Below are positions 1 through 14,212 of a stretch of DNA of 64,000 bases, piece by piece (position 1 is the stretch's first letter; every line of letters begins with the position of its first letter). Both the position numbers and the translations under genes were made by a program. The DNA lies in the NCBI GenBank assembly GCA_964016885.1, contig CAXHJY010001071.1, positions 17,572-81,571 of the forward strand. Direction: 5' to 3'. The DNA is from Eledone cirrhosa (taxonomy: Eukaryota). Below the pieces are notes generated by a model. It saw only the letters and a list, made by a program, of their open reading frames with translations. It searched no databases and was not told where the DNA came from.

Positions 1-992
1 GAAAACGATGATTGATTTCTTTTACTATAAAACTTATCGATGGTCTCGCTAGCCTGACTAGCGCTTCCTCAATAATAAATCACTTCGTTCTTTTCCAATC
101 CCCCACACAAAAAAAAAAAATCTCTAGTAGAATTTTCCTTTCGAACATATATGTGTATTTCAGAATGTACTCTAATGTCTGTTCCTGCAATATTAAATAG
201 ATTTATAAACTATTGTTCCGTCAATAATTGCAGGTGTTTTTTTTTTAAAAATAAAAACTATTTTCAATTCCATATTCATCATTGTTTAAAAGCACAGTTG
301 TCGTCATCGTCGACATCGTCATCATCACCATCACCATCATCATCATCATCATCTTTTTATTTAAATTATTTTCTGTCTGGTAAATTCTTTATATTTAACA
401 TTATATATACACGTACACATATATGTATACACCCACACACATATATAATATATGATTATATATATATAATATTATATGATTATATATATATATATATATA
501 TTATATATGTATATATATTTCATTTAATGGTCTCTTCTTTTTTTTCTTTTGTAAAGACTTTGTATTAAACCAATATATGAAGGCTGTTATCGAAGTTACA
601 ATTATTCTTTCTTCTTTTCATTCTTGTTTTTCTCTCTTCAAGATTGTTTCAGTATCAATACATACATACATTCAATCATGCATATATCTACACATACACA
701 GACGTATAAATACATACATTTATATATATATATAGTAATAATAATAAATTTGAAGACTAAAATACAAAGAGGTTCACCGCTCCTATTAATGACGTATTAT
801 ATTCGTTTTTTCCCGTTCTTTGCCAGGGAACGTTTACACGAACCAAAGTATTGTCTTCCTGTCTTCCTCCAGTTGCAACGTTTTTTGAAATATCCACTTC
901 TGCGTTTACAGATTGACTTTGTTAGTTTCAGAAGATCCCGTTAAGGGTGAAAGCAGCTATTCTTTGCTTAAACTTTAATCTGTTATTTTAAT

Positions 993-1083
<91 letters not shown>

Positions 1084-1192
1084 TATTTGTATGTATTTAT
1101 ACATTTATATTTATATATATATACATATATACATATAAATATATATATATATATACATATAAATTTATAAATACATACAAATATATATATAT

Positions 1193-1258
1193 GTCAAGGG
1201 CGGTGCCCCAGCATGGCCTCAGCCGGATGGCTGAAACAGGTAAAAGAGTAAAAGAGTA
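1193..1258 (+). repeat. Short retroposon 3'-tail fragment (inverted copy 35225-35272)
   Basis: tgccccagcatggcctcagccg..tggctgaaacaggtaaaagagtaa occurs twice, each time next to (TA)n. Confidence 0.65.
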
Positions 1259-1303
1259 TATGTATTTATATATATATACATATAAATATATAAATACATA
1301 CAA

Positions 1304-1358
<55 letters not shown>

Positions 1359-1377
1359 AATATATAAATACATACAA

Positions 1378-1423
<46 letters not shown>

Positions 1424-1456
1424 TTGTATGTATTTATATATTTGTATGTATTTATA

Positions 1457-1510
<54 letters not shown>

Positions 1511-1762
1511 TATGTCTGTATGTGTAGGTATGGGAGTGTATGTATGAGTGTTTGTATATTGAAATTGCAAACAACTCAATCTTCCGCGTAATTTACTTCG
1601 TCTAACAGCATTATGTTGTCATTCTAAACAGTATCGTGCAGGTTAGTAGTATATTTCGCATTGAAACCAGTCACTCTTATATAATTTTTGCGACTATGTT
1701 TCCTTTGCACACCGGGTATGTATAGTGATGTCAGGAAATCCTTTTTTTTTTAATAATTCAAT

Positions 1763-1952
1763 TTTTGTTTCTGCTTTTGGCCCAAGGCCTGCAATTAACC
1801 AGTACATTACTGGTACTTTATTTTATCGACCCCGTAAGGATGAACGGCAAAGTTAACCTCGGCGGGATTTGAACTCAGAATGGCAAGGGCCGTAACTCTA
1901 TGCGTCAAAGCATGGCGTCCGACCCTCTACCGATACTGCCAATCCACCGCCC
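1763..1952 (-). mobile_element. tRNA-derived SINE (family 1) with TSD
   Basis: A-box (tggcagtatcgg), B-box (gagttcaaatcc) and core cctttcatccttacggggtcgataaaataaagtaccag. TSD tttaataattcaat at ~1749 and ~1955. Confidence 0.88.
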
Positions 1953-3536
1953 ATTTTAATAATTCAATAATGCTGTAAAAGTCTATATGCCATATTTCCA
2001 TGGAAATATATCTTTTGAAGTAAGGGACAAAACTCTCACCCATAAACTATCATTCTTATTTTCTGAAGTTTTACAACTTCTAAATAACCTAGACCTATTC
2101 TTCTTCCAATAAAATCTTCGTGTATATGCACTTATATACACCTTCCTTAAACATAAACTGTATATTTTAAAGTAAAGGAAAAATCTCTAACCCATACAGC
2201 TATCATATTCTTCCTTCATTTTTACAACTTCCAAATAAACTAGAGCTATGCTTACTCCAAGACATCGTCTTGTATATTCACGATTGTACAGTCTTTAAAT
2301 ATAAAGAAGTATTAAATCACTCCTGAGGAAGAAATTATCCCCTTACTTTGTATCCGGAATCATTGTATATTCTTCATGATAACATTTATATATATATATG
2401 GAGTTCACATTCTTTTTCTTTTTTCTTCTTACATTATCCCCTTTGGACCTGTTTGTAGATATGTAGTCGTGTGTTTTCTAGTTTATTCAGTTGTTGAGTG
2501 AAACTATTAGAAAAGGCGTACCATTAAAGCTGTCAACAAGGCTTTAGCGTATGAAAATAAAATCTAATAATGTTTTTTTTCTCTGCAATCAGCGTTTATG
2601 TCTACATATATTAATTTTGGATTTCCAATATTTGACGAATCTGCATCCGCTCAAAGAAGAAATTGTAATCAGTACATATGTATGCAATTTTTGTTTTTGC
2701 TGTTCTTCACAGATTTCATGTTGAGAACTAATTTAACGAGGAATTCTACCACATTTGGAAGCTCTAGAAAACATTTGAAGGAAACTTAGCTGCTACTACA
2801 GAATGATAAAACCATTTGAGGGTCCAGTGCTTGCTTGTCCCCAAAGGGGTTTGGGGTTTGGGAGTAAAGAATGTCTGTGGCATATCTAAATAATTAGTCA
2901 TTAATCTATGATAAATCTATGATGTTTTTATTATTTATCCGTATTAGTTACAATTGAGTGGATTTAATCGATGTTCTCCTCCACTAAATGTGTTGGCCTT
3001 GCTGTCTAAATCAGAAACCGTTACTCATCTGTATGGTCGTAATATCAAGATCTCATATAACAAGCTGTGACACAGACACATAATTTGCTATTACTTTGGT
3101 TATTTTAATTTTTTTCTTTGATTAAAAATATTCTTTTTTTCCACAGGTTTTCTGAATCACGTTTCAATCAAATAACATCTAAAGATAGTTCTAGAAAATA
3201 TAAGATATATTAATATAATTAATTATCTTTCAGTCCACTGGAAATAATCAGAAGTTATCTCAGCTGACTAATTGCTTTTTATTCTCTTATTGGAGAGTAG
3301 AAGCCAGTTTGATAGCAGCCATTACAGCGACTTGAGTAAACAAAGAGGTAATTCGTATATGAAGATCTGCCTCAAGCTATCGAAACTAATATCAATCAGA
3401 TTCATTCCGTGATTAGTTTTGATTAAACAAAATATGTGAAAAATATTTTCAGATTCCTTTGAATCACGTGAGTCGTACGTTTTCTTCTTTTTTTCTGGAT
3501 CAAGCGAACCAGGGATGGGATTTTGTATATAATAAT

Positions 3537-3716
3537 TATTTCTAGTTTTAGCACAAGACCAGCAATTACACAGTGCATTACTGGTACTTTATTTTATCGA
3601 GCCCCTAAGGATGAAAGGCAAAGTTAACCTCGACGGGATTTGAACTCAGACCGGGTCGTAACTATGCTGGAAAGCATGGCATCCGACCGTCTACCTTTAC
3701 TGCCAATCCACCGTCG
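3537..3716 (-). mobile_element. SINE family 1 with TSD
   Basis: Same consensus. TSD tttgtatataataat at 3522-3536 and 3717-3731. Confidence 0.88.
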
Positions 3717-4472
3717 TTTGTATATAATAATGACAGCATAGACACCCAAAACTCTCAGTAAACCAATGTTATATGCTATCATATCTTAATTGATTTTATA
3801 TTAAATTTTTTCAATGTTTTCTTTGTTTCTCATTCTTTTTTTATGTCTGTAATGTATATATGTCTAGCCATATCGAATATAAAAAATATATCTAATTGAA
3901 TAAAAGCAGGGAAAATGAAAATGGAAGCGGCCATTAGATTCAGCCGAATGGGTCAAGATGTACACTGTTCTTTGCAGTGTTGATAATTATCTGCCGGTGG
4001 CAACAACTAAAATCAACAACGTATAATAGAATAATCTGTTTTTCGAATCGTTAAGCAAAAGGAAGCATGAGCATTTTAACGAAACATCAATGTTGTTTAA
4101 CTATGAAAAATAGTCTTACGGCATATAGACCCTGAATAATGTACAGAATTTCCTCCATATTCAGGAATGTATATGCCTTACGTATAAGACGATTTGTCAT
4201 AGTCAAACAAGGTTGATGTTTCTTTTAAATTCTCTAACGTTTAATAATAAAATATTTTATTCAAGACCAACATGTACCAGTGTGTTCGAAAACGAACATA
4301 CTCCACGATGGCCGAGATTCATACATTCCTAACATCTAGGCAAGTCAAATATATGCCTGTATGGAAAACTAAACTACTTCTATATCATTTGTTTAAAAAA
4401 AAACGAAATATTTACGCAAAAGGTGAATAAGAATCTATAAACTACATACATTTTCCTTCATTATTTCTATAA

Positions 4473-4712
4473 GTGGAAGCACGTGACCTAGTGGTAAGGG
4501 TGTTGGTCTTTCAATCATAATGTCGTGCATTCGTTTCTTGGACTGGGTTGTCTAATTTTGTGTTATTGCGCAAAACACTTCACTTTACGTTGTTCGAATA
4601 TAATCAGTTAAAAATGCATACTAGTATAGCTTGCTGGGATTGAACCTAGGGATGTACTGACGTCCTGCCTAAGAGAATGCTTGTAACAGAGAGACTTTAC
4701 TCCTATGGGAAT
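4473..4712 (+). mobile_element. tRNA-derived SINE family 2 (second copy 6003-6280)
   Basis: Both copies start tggaagcacgtg.c(c)tag..ggtgttgg, have a B-box-like motif (ggttcaattcc in the 6003 copy) and share gcaaaacactt..tttca.gttg. Confidence 0.72.
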
Positions 4713-5029
4713 TATATAAACTCTCAATTATACAACAGACATTTAGTAATATTTAAATAGATATACGATAATAAATCGGTAGAATTTATTTGTGTTAGGT
4801 ACGTTAGACATTATCTCATGATAAACGAGTAGGTATTTTTAAACGAATAAATGAAATAAACAATTTAACTTGAGTTTAAAGTTAATTGTATAAATCGTTA
4901 AATCCAATAAGAACATTATTAGATCTTGCGCTAATGTTTAAAATGATTTCGATTAAAAGAACGAAGTACGGGCTAACTTAAGTAAATTCGGTTTTCAGAT
5001 TGGAAATGTCACCAATTTAATAATAACGC

Positions 5030-5060
<31 letters not shown>

Positions 5061-5096
5061 CTCACACAAAAATGCTTACACATACACACACGTAGG

Positions 5097-5142
<46 letters not shown>

Positions 5143-6658
5143 ATTACATACATACATACACATATGACACAGTGTAAAGTTCGTTTAGAAAGTTAATGGA
5201 AATCCACCAATTAAGGTAAAGTTAGAAATGCATGTGAAGAGAATGGCTGACTTTTGTTTACACAATACACGTTTCCTCTGCTATATCAACAGGAAATGTG
5301 GACTAGCAGCAGTAGCTACTACAACCGCAGGCTTTAGAAGTAGACGCTACTACAGTAGAAGAATTCACTATAATCAAGTCATGTTCTCAATTGTTTAACT
5401 CGAATCTAACTTGGAATTACATCAACAGCAACAATTGTTTAGTTGAATGTACATAAATCAATCTGGCAGCCATTTGGTCCCTTACTGCTGGGATATACAT
5501 TATTAACGTAACACATATTATACATGTATAAATCTATATAAACACACATAGATATTTGTACATAACTACATGTATATATAGGAAATGAAAGGGTCGAAAG
5601 TGAAAGAATACACAGACATGTACACCAGGTCCGAACACAGAGGAACCAAACTCCCACTATCATCGCTTCTGTCCCTCCCTCCTTCCTAATCTCTCAATAT
5701 TATGAGCAAATCGGATCCCGCGCGCTGACCGCCCCATGGTGGACAGAATAAAGAAGGCGTTTCTCCGGAGTATGGTAAGGGTGATGTGCTGGAAGGGCCA
5801 ATCAAGCTCGTGAGGTTCACACTGCAACTAGACAGGTCTGCGCCGATGATGGTGAGTAGGGTAGTGGCTCTATGGCCAAGGACAACAGAAGCCCCCATTT
5901 TCCATAGGCTTAAATCTGTACAAGACCCGAGAAACTGTTTTCTTGCAGTTGTTCGTATACATCGTGGCTCATCAGAAGGTGGCTATAATACTCAACGGAC
6001 TATGGAAGCACGTGGCTAGGGTGTTGGACTTATGACCATAACAGTTGTGGGTTCAATTCCTAGATTGGGTTGTGTGTTGTGTTCTCGAGCAAAACACTTA
6101 ATTTCATGTTGCTCCGGTATACTCAGCTGAAAATGAGTACCACCAACAGCTGGGAGTTTAACCCTGCAATGGTCTAGCGTCATGTCCGGGGGTGAGTATT
6201 GTACTCTCAGCCTCTTAACGCCATGGAAACCGGGATAAGCACCGGCCTCATGAGCTTGCGGCTTGAAACAGACTTTAGATTTAGAAGACTAAATGCCTCA
6301 AGGCAATTCTGAAATTGTGTGTGACATTCAGAAAGCAAATCAAGCTGCAATTTGTATATTACGTCTTTAGTCTCGTTATTTTGTTTATCATTATCTCGTC
6401 TTGTCTATAATTACAGGGGGATTCCTTCGGACGCAATGCATATATTTAGGGCATGTTGGGTATTTAAACCTAATTAATCCCATAATTCTTCATATTTGTA
6501 GAAACAGCTGATTTCTTCCGCAAGAATGGTGAATGAAAACGTATACTTATATACATTATTTTCTATAAATGATTAAATAATTCATATATATCCGCATATA
6601 AACACACGCACACACACATATATATAAATATATATACATATATATGTATGTGTAATTC

Positions 6659-6765
<107 letters not shown>

Positions 6766-6784
6766 CTCTCTCTCTCTCACTCTG

Positions 6785-6821
<37 letters not shown>

Positions 6822-7095
6822 GCAATCGCTCAGTATAATCATCTCTTGACTATAACTGAAATTCTATAAGAATCCAGCTTCTATAATTTTCGGCGAAAGC
6901 GGGGATTGCGTGGCTCTGATGATCGCCAACAGCGTGAAGCAGACTTAGCTTCTCTCCCTTCTTTCGACGAAAAGAAGTAAGTGACATAGTCACTACTTTA
7001 AAACCGATAGCGTATGGTCTTCAAAATGTGTTTGATTAAACATAGGTTATATTGCCAAATATACTATACATACATTCATATATATAATATTATTA

Positions 7096-7131
<36 letters not shown>

Positions 7132-9017
7132 GGACCTTTCACAATCCAATTTAATTTATTGAATTCAACATTTTCACATATCGTTATCCCTCTTTTATTT
7201 TCACTTTGAACCTCCATCTCATCTCCTGAAACTACTTCCTTTCTCGAGTTTATACTAACCTTTAATCAAATATGATTAAACGAATTACTTCCCTTTAGCT
7301 AAATCTCTCATCTAATTAAGAATTTCGAATATAACAGTACATTCCAACTTTCCTATTCGGTCAATGATCTTCAAAGTATAAAAATCAATTTAATGTTACA
7401 TATTTTCTGTTATACAGTAATTAATTTAACATTATTAAATTATTAAACCTCAAAGTTAGTCCTTATACACTAAAACACGTTTATATACATCAACATTCAT
7501 TAATATGCACTAACATACATCGGAACTAATAATCTTTCATTTCAATTCTTAAAATAACTTTTCTACTCTCGTATCACAATATATTAAGTTTTTTCATATT
7601 TTCTATGTTTTATTCATGGTTTTATGCATAATTAAATAATTTAACAAGCCTAAATTATATATCAGTTCTCTCCGACGTAATTATAGTTAACTCAATGCTA
7701 ACTACCAATGCGTTCATTTCTATAGAGGCAATGACTTTTCTTCAGCTCTTTTCATTCGATTCTCTTTTATGGATTACTCCTTATTTCACACATATTAATC
7801 TAATTTAATTTATATTTATATTCTCTCCCCATATCTAGAATGTAATCTATGTTACCTTCATATCCGCTATGTACAGGAATCGGTTTTTGATATATTGGAT
7901 ATATTTTTATATCATTTGATTGTTCAACAGTAGCATGGTTGTGATACATATGAGAGTGAGAGGGAGGGAAAGGGAGGGAGGGAGGGAGAGAGAGGGAGTA
8001 AGAAAGCGATGAAGAAGGAAGGAGAGAATTAGAGAAGAACAAAGAGAGTGAGAGAGAGAGAAATTAAGATAAGAGGGAGAGAGATAGAGAGAGAGGCAGA
8101 GAGAGTGAGAAAGAGCGAGGCAGAGAGAGTGAGAGAGAGTATGAGATAAAAACGAAAGAGATAACAAGAGAAGGAAAGAAAGTAAGGAAGTAACAGAGGC
8201 AGAGAGGGGGGAAGGAGATCGGATGAGAGGGAGATGAAAAGAAAGAGGGAGTTTGAAAGAGAGACAAAGGGAGAGAGAGAGAGAAAGAGAAAGAAAGAGA
8301 GAGAGAGAGCGAGAGATGGACAACGTCATGATTAGATCAATCACTGCATATTAGCTAACCTACTGATTAGCCAGATTTGCATATCAGCAGATATGCTATT
8401 CGAATATGGTTATTTGAATATGGCAAAGCCGGCCATTAATCGCTCGTATACATGAAACTGAACAGTGGCACTGCTGATATGCAAATCTGACTGATCAGAC
8501 AGTCTGCTAATATGCATATCAGGCCGATCAGTCACTGTATACTTCAGAATATATCCTATTTTCACTAACTCTGACAGTTGACAGGTAAGCAGTATACGGT
8601 ACTGATGAAGGGTACTCACCCAGAAATATTAGTACCTGCCGTTGTGTTTATATGCCAACAAAAGAGTCAGAATGACGCGGTCATTCTACTGAGATGGCTT
8701 TTTAAAGAGGCTGTTTGTATAATTGTAAACTAATCGAATATTATTATCAATATTCGAAAAACACAGATTACATATATTGTAGTCAGCCATGTAGACCGAT
8801 AAAACTATTTGTTTCTTATTTGAATATCTCGCAAATGAAATTGACTGGCCTAAACTGACTGGCCTAACTGTTGATATGCAAATCTGGCTGATCAGTGGGC
8901 CTACTAATATGCAGGTCAGACTGATCAGGTAGTCTGCAAATCTGCAAATCAGGTCGATCAGTCACTGTATATTTCAGAAAATATCATATATTTTTACTAG
9001 TTCTGACAGTTGGCAGG

Positions 9018-9082
9018 TAAGCAGGATACGGTACTGATGAAGGGTAATCATGCAGAAACATTAATGTCTACCGTTCTGCTTA
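9018..9082 (+). ncRNA. Type I hammerhead (stem II degenerate in this copy)
   Basis: taagcagga..acggta-CTGATGA...GAAAC attaat GTC-taccgt tctgctta. The copy at 8596-8642 keeps stem II (gggt/accc) but has lost GTC. Confidence 0.7.
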
Positions 9083-9419
9083 TATGCCAACACAAGTGGA
9101 AGAATGATGTAGTCATTCAACGTACATGGCTGTTTCCATAATTGCAAACAAATCGAATATTATTATTAATATTCGAAAAGCTCGGAATACAAATATATAT
9201 ATATATGCATATTACATACGTGCAGTGTAATGCTAATGTATAATATTTAGAGCATATTTATGTGTGTATATAGGTAGATAGGTATCTGCATAAGAAGAGG
9301 GATGGTAGGAGAGATACTCTCTCTCTCTCTCTTGCTCTAGCTCTCTCACTTTCTCTCTTTTTCTCTCTTTCTCTCTCTCCATATTATATTATATCATATT
9401 ATATTTTGTTGTATATACC

Positions 9420-9453
<34 letters not shown>

Positions 9454-9576
9454 AAAAAGTATGACCCCGACGGCAGAGCTCAAGCCGTTTCGATGGCTAT
9501 TTCTGGACTACTACCCTAAGTATTGAGTACTCTGGTGCGTTATGGTCCATCTGGTTCCTTACCACAATTACTTCGT

Positions 9577-9639
<63 letters not shown>

Positions 9640-10697
9640 ATATATATTGCAAACAATGTAATATATAATATATAATGTGAAGGAATGAGAGGGATAGAGG
9701 TGAAGTAACAACTTGTTATCAGAAAAAATATCCGAATACCAATTAGACCTTATTTATACGTTGTATTAGCATTTCTTTTTTTATGTTTGTGGTTTATTGA
9801 ATATCAACCGAATTCTGTTTTTCAGGAAACGCGTTGAACAAAATAACATACACACTTGATATGCATTATACATGTTTCAGGCTGAATGTATATTTAACAT
9901 TGGCCCAGCATAAATCATATCTATATCTCAATAGAATAAGTTAAATATTACTCTCACATAATTTTACCTTCATAAAAGATATGGAAATAAAAATCTAACA
10001 TGGTATCCATGTTACAACTTGGCGCTATCATTGGCAATTCAATTGCTCCGAAAGTTCCTGCCTCCGAGTGAATGGCTTATATAACCAAAGATAATGCAGA
10101 AAAAAAAAAAACGAAAACTGAAGATAAAATATTCAATAATAAACGGACATAATAATAAAACAAAACCACAAAACAAGCCCAAATAATTCCAGCGAACGAT
10201 ATAAAAGTTCAAAAACAAAATCCGAAAAAAAAAACCGCGATAGTAATGTATGGAATATCATAAGGGCAATAGATTAACTCTGGTACACTGTTTCTCATTG
10301 CTTTAGGAAGTAAAAACAAAATCGATACATATATATATATATATATTTAACATGCACATATGTGCATGTTGGAGGTAATGCATTGAGTGTAGTACTATAT
10401 ATAACAACACACACACGCGCGTATATACATATATGTGTGGGTGTGTGTGTGTCTGTGTGCGTGTGTGTGTTGCTACTTGTTTCAATTGATACCCTGTTGT
10501 GGGAAAGGTAAAACGCGCAGTATTTATTGTTTCCAGAGCTAGGAATTTGTTGGGGTGGGGAGTCAGTTAAATCGACAATGCTTCGTCCTGACGGGTGACT
10601 GTACCAGACACGCACTGGAGTCCATTTAATTGACGTTGCAATTGTCCCAAATTGCGGGTCTTGTGCCTAAATTAGAAACCATTATTTCTTTCTTTCC

Positions 10698-10876
10698 AGG
10701 GCGGTGGATTGGCAGTATCGGTAGAGCGTCGGACGCCATGCTTTGATGCATAGAGTTACGGCCCTTGCCGTTAAAATCCCGCCGAGGTTAACTTTACCTT
10801 TCATCCTTACGCGGTCGATAAAATCCTTACGCTGTCGATAAAATAAAGTACCAGTAATGTGCCAAAAGTAGATACA
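10698..10876 (+). mobile_element. SINE family 1 with TSD, inserted at the tail of an older SINE fragment (10500-10685)
   Basis: Same consensus. TSD attatttctttctttcc at 10681-10697 and 10877-10893. Confidence 0.85.
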
Positions 10877-11802
10877 ATTATTTCTTTCTTTCCTTTTAAA
10901 TTTTACATTTTTTTTCTTCCTTTCAGAATATGGTTTCTAATTTATGCATACATTTAGGTATAATTATTCTTTAAGGCTCGAATTTATAGCATGTTTTGCA
11001 GTATTCGTTCCAGCTCTTTGGATTCTGTGAGTTAAATACCACACCAATCAGCTTCACCTGTCATTCTTTCCACGTCGATAACAATGTAGAGTTTTTCTCG
11101 AGAGTTTTTCTCCTCTACAATTCTTTCTCACTTCCTCTCTATCATTTCTCATTCTCTTTCTCTGTTCAGCTCTGCAAAGGAGATCCCCGCCCCCTCCCCG
11201 TTTAAAAAATGTCCACGTATGTCAGAAGGGTGGGCCTAAAACTTCATCTTAAAGTTCGAATTTCCAAATAAAAAAATAAGTCCACAATATTTACATTAAG
11301 ACTTGATTGGTCTATTCTGTTCATATTTGTTAAATTCATGCACAAACGCCATCTCGCGGGGAGTTACAAGGCGTATATATATTTCCCCCAATGATTCACT
11401 GGTAGTTTTATTTATAGATCAAGTTGAGATCAAGTAGATTGGTCAGATTTGAACTCAGATGTGTTAAATTAGCGGAACAAATTCGGTGAAGCCTTTAGTT
11501 GACACTGTATCTGTTCAACCAGCATGCTGCTTTTCATGGTATTATAAATAAGATTATCGAAACAGAGAAAGATAGAGGGAGAGGGAGGGGGTGAGAGAGA
11601 TAAAGAGTGATAGAGAGAGAGCGAGAGAGTGATAGAGAGAGAAAATGAGATAGAGTGAATGAGAAAGAAAGAAAGAGAGGGAGAGAAAGTGAGAGTGAGA
11701 GTGAGAGAGTGAGAGTGAGTGAGAGAGATAGACAGAAAGAGAGAGATATAGAGAGAGAGATAGAGAGAGATATAGAGAAGGATATATATATACATACATA
11801 TA

Positions 11803-12127
<325 letters not shown>

Positions 12128-13089
12128 GAGAGAAAGAAAGAAAGAAAGAGAGAGAGAAAACGACTTTGTACACAATTTGATCAATACGGCAAAATCCCGG
12201 GATTGTTAAATTGACTTAGTTAATCGGATATTTTTGAACGTAAGATTTTTATATCACACTTTCATTAACGTTTAACAAATATTTCATATTATTTTCTCTG
12301 GTTACCCTTCTCTTTATATTTGTTTCAGCCTTGAAGATTACATCATTCATGTTCCATGGCCAAATTTTCCTGACAATATATTGTCGGTTCTTATATAGTT
12401 TGCTTTGCCGTAATGAATCTCCTTAAATTGTAACATCTCCTGGGTTTTTGTTCTAACAATAAATTTCAGATTAGTATCCGCTCACGAATTCAGATTGCTT
12501 TGTGTACGTAACTAATATCCTATTGACTTCCGTATGTTTGTCATCTACACTAAACTTCTCTATTGTCTGTTCATGTGTAATTTAGATCATATTCATGTGT
12601 ACAGACATGTTTGTAATGTACTACATTGCTCTGGGCCATTAGTGTTAGATATCAATCAGAAGACAGATTCTTTCAATATTTACATTTGGCATTGTCAATC
12701 AGTATGCGTCCATTCTCTAACAATAATATGTTCTGCTTTACTCGCGGGGAAAATCGTGCATATCTTACACCTCCTATTTTCATTAACTAAATAAAATAGT
12801 CTTTCATTTTACAAGCATGTAATTCCTTAAAGACTGTCATGACAAGATGTCTGCTAATATGTTATAAAACATCGGTGTTAAAGGCGGACATGAACAATCT
12901 ATAGAGCTTCGGACGAAATCTCTTTCATATTCGGTTAACAGGCTCTAGTCTAGGTTCTGCGTTGAAATCTTGTTTCGCCGTGATCTAATTTTGTTTTACA
13001 TCATTCAGAGTGCAATAAAATAATGTTAATGTACGAGGCTGATATCTGTTAATTCATTGCGCATTCCATATCTATCTGTCTATACCGTC

Positions 13090-13855
<766 letters not shown>

Positions 13856-13962
13856 GTCCAGAGGGTGGTGGTGTAATTTGGAGTTACTGTAGTTTCACCC
13901 GGGTGAGCACTCGATGTTTAGGTTCATTTCAGTGTCGAGTTGTAAAACTAGACAGAGTGTAT

Positions 13963-14212
13963 TATAGTTAAATAAGATAACAAGGTCGATTGGTTACTCC
14001 TTCATTACGTTTATGGTTGGTGACGCGCGTTTCGCCACTGACCAGCTCAAGGTTCGATCTGTATCGATCTTACCTGACTCTGTAATCCTGACTCTGTTAG
14101 GTCAGCTCGATATAGATCGAACCTTGAGCTGGTCAGTGGCGAAACGCGCGTCACCAACCAATACACGTAATGAAGGAGTAACCAATCGTGCTTGTTATCT
14201 TATTTAACTATA
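13963..14212. repeat. ~105-bp inverted repeat (fold-back) containing a hammerhead 3' half
   Basis: 13963-14070 pairs with 14107-14212. GAAACGCGCGTC lies at 14141-14152. Confidence 0.88.

Noticed and set aside
1860-1952. tRNA-gene-like A/B boxes
   Set aside because: They are SINE heads, joined to a shared core and tail with TSDs; no clean cloverleaf.
2010-2290. Diverged ~150-bp tandem duplication
   Set aside because: Real but featureless; no ORF, ribozyme motif or other copies seen.
3130-3480. Possible host exons (ttttccacag, tttcag...gtgagt signals)
   Set aside because: No sustained ORF or recognisable protein; such signals are expected by chance in AT-rich DNA.
5580-5990. GC-richer segment with short ORFs and a minus-strand CTGATGA; possible Ty3/gypsy gag remnant
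   Set aside because: No matching GAAA/stems for a hammerhead, and only a faint PPSD..YEQL resemblance; insufficient to call.
8471-8965. ~33-bp repeats superficially like a CRISPR array
   Set aside because: Contiguous degenerate subrepeats without unique spacers, in eukaryotic repeat context with no cas genes.
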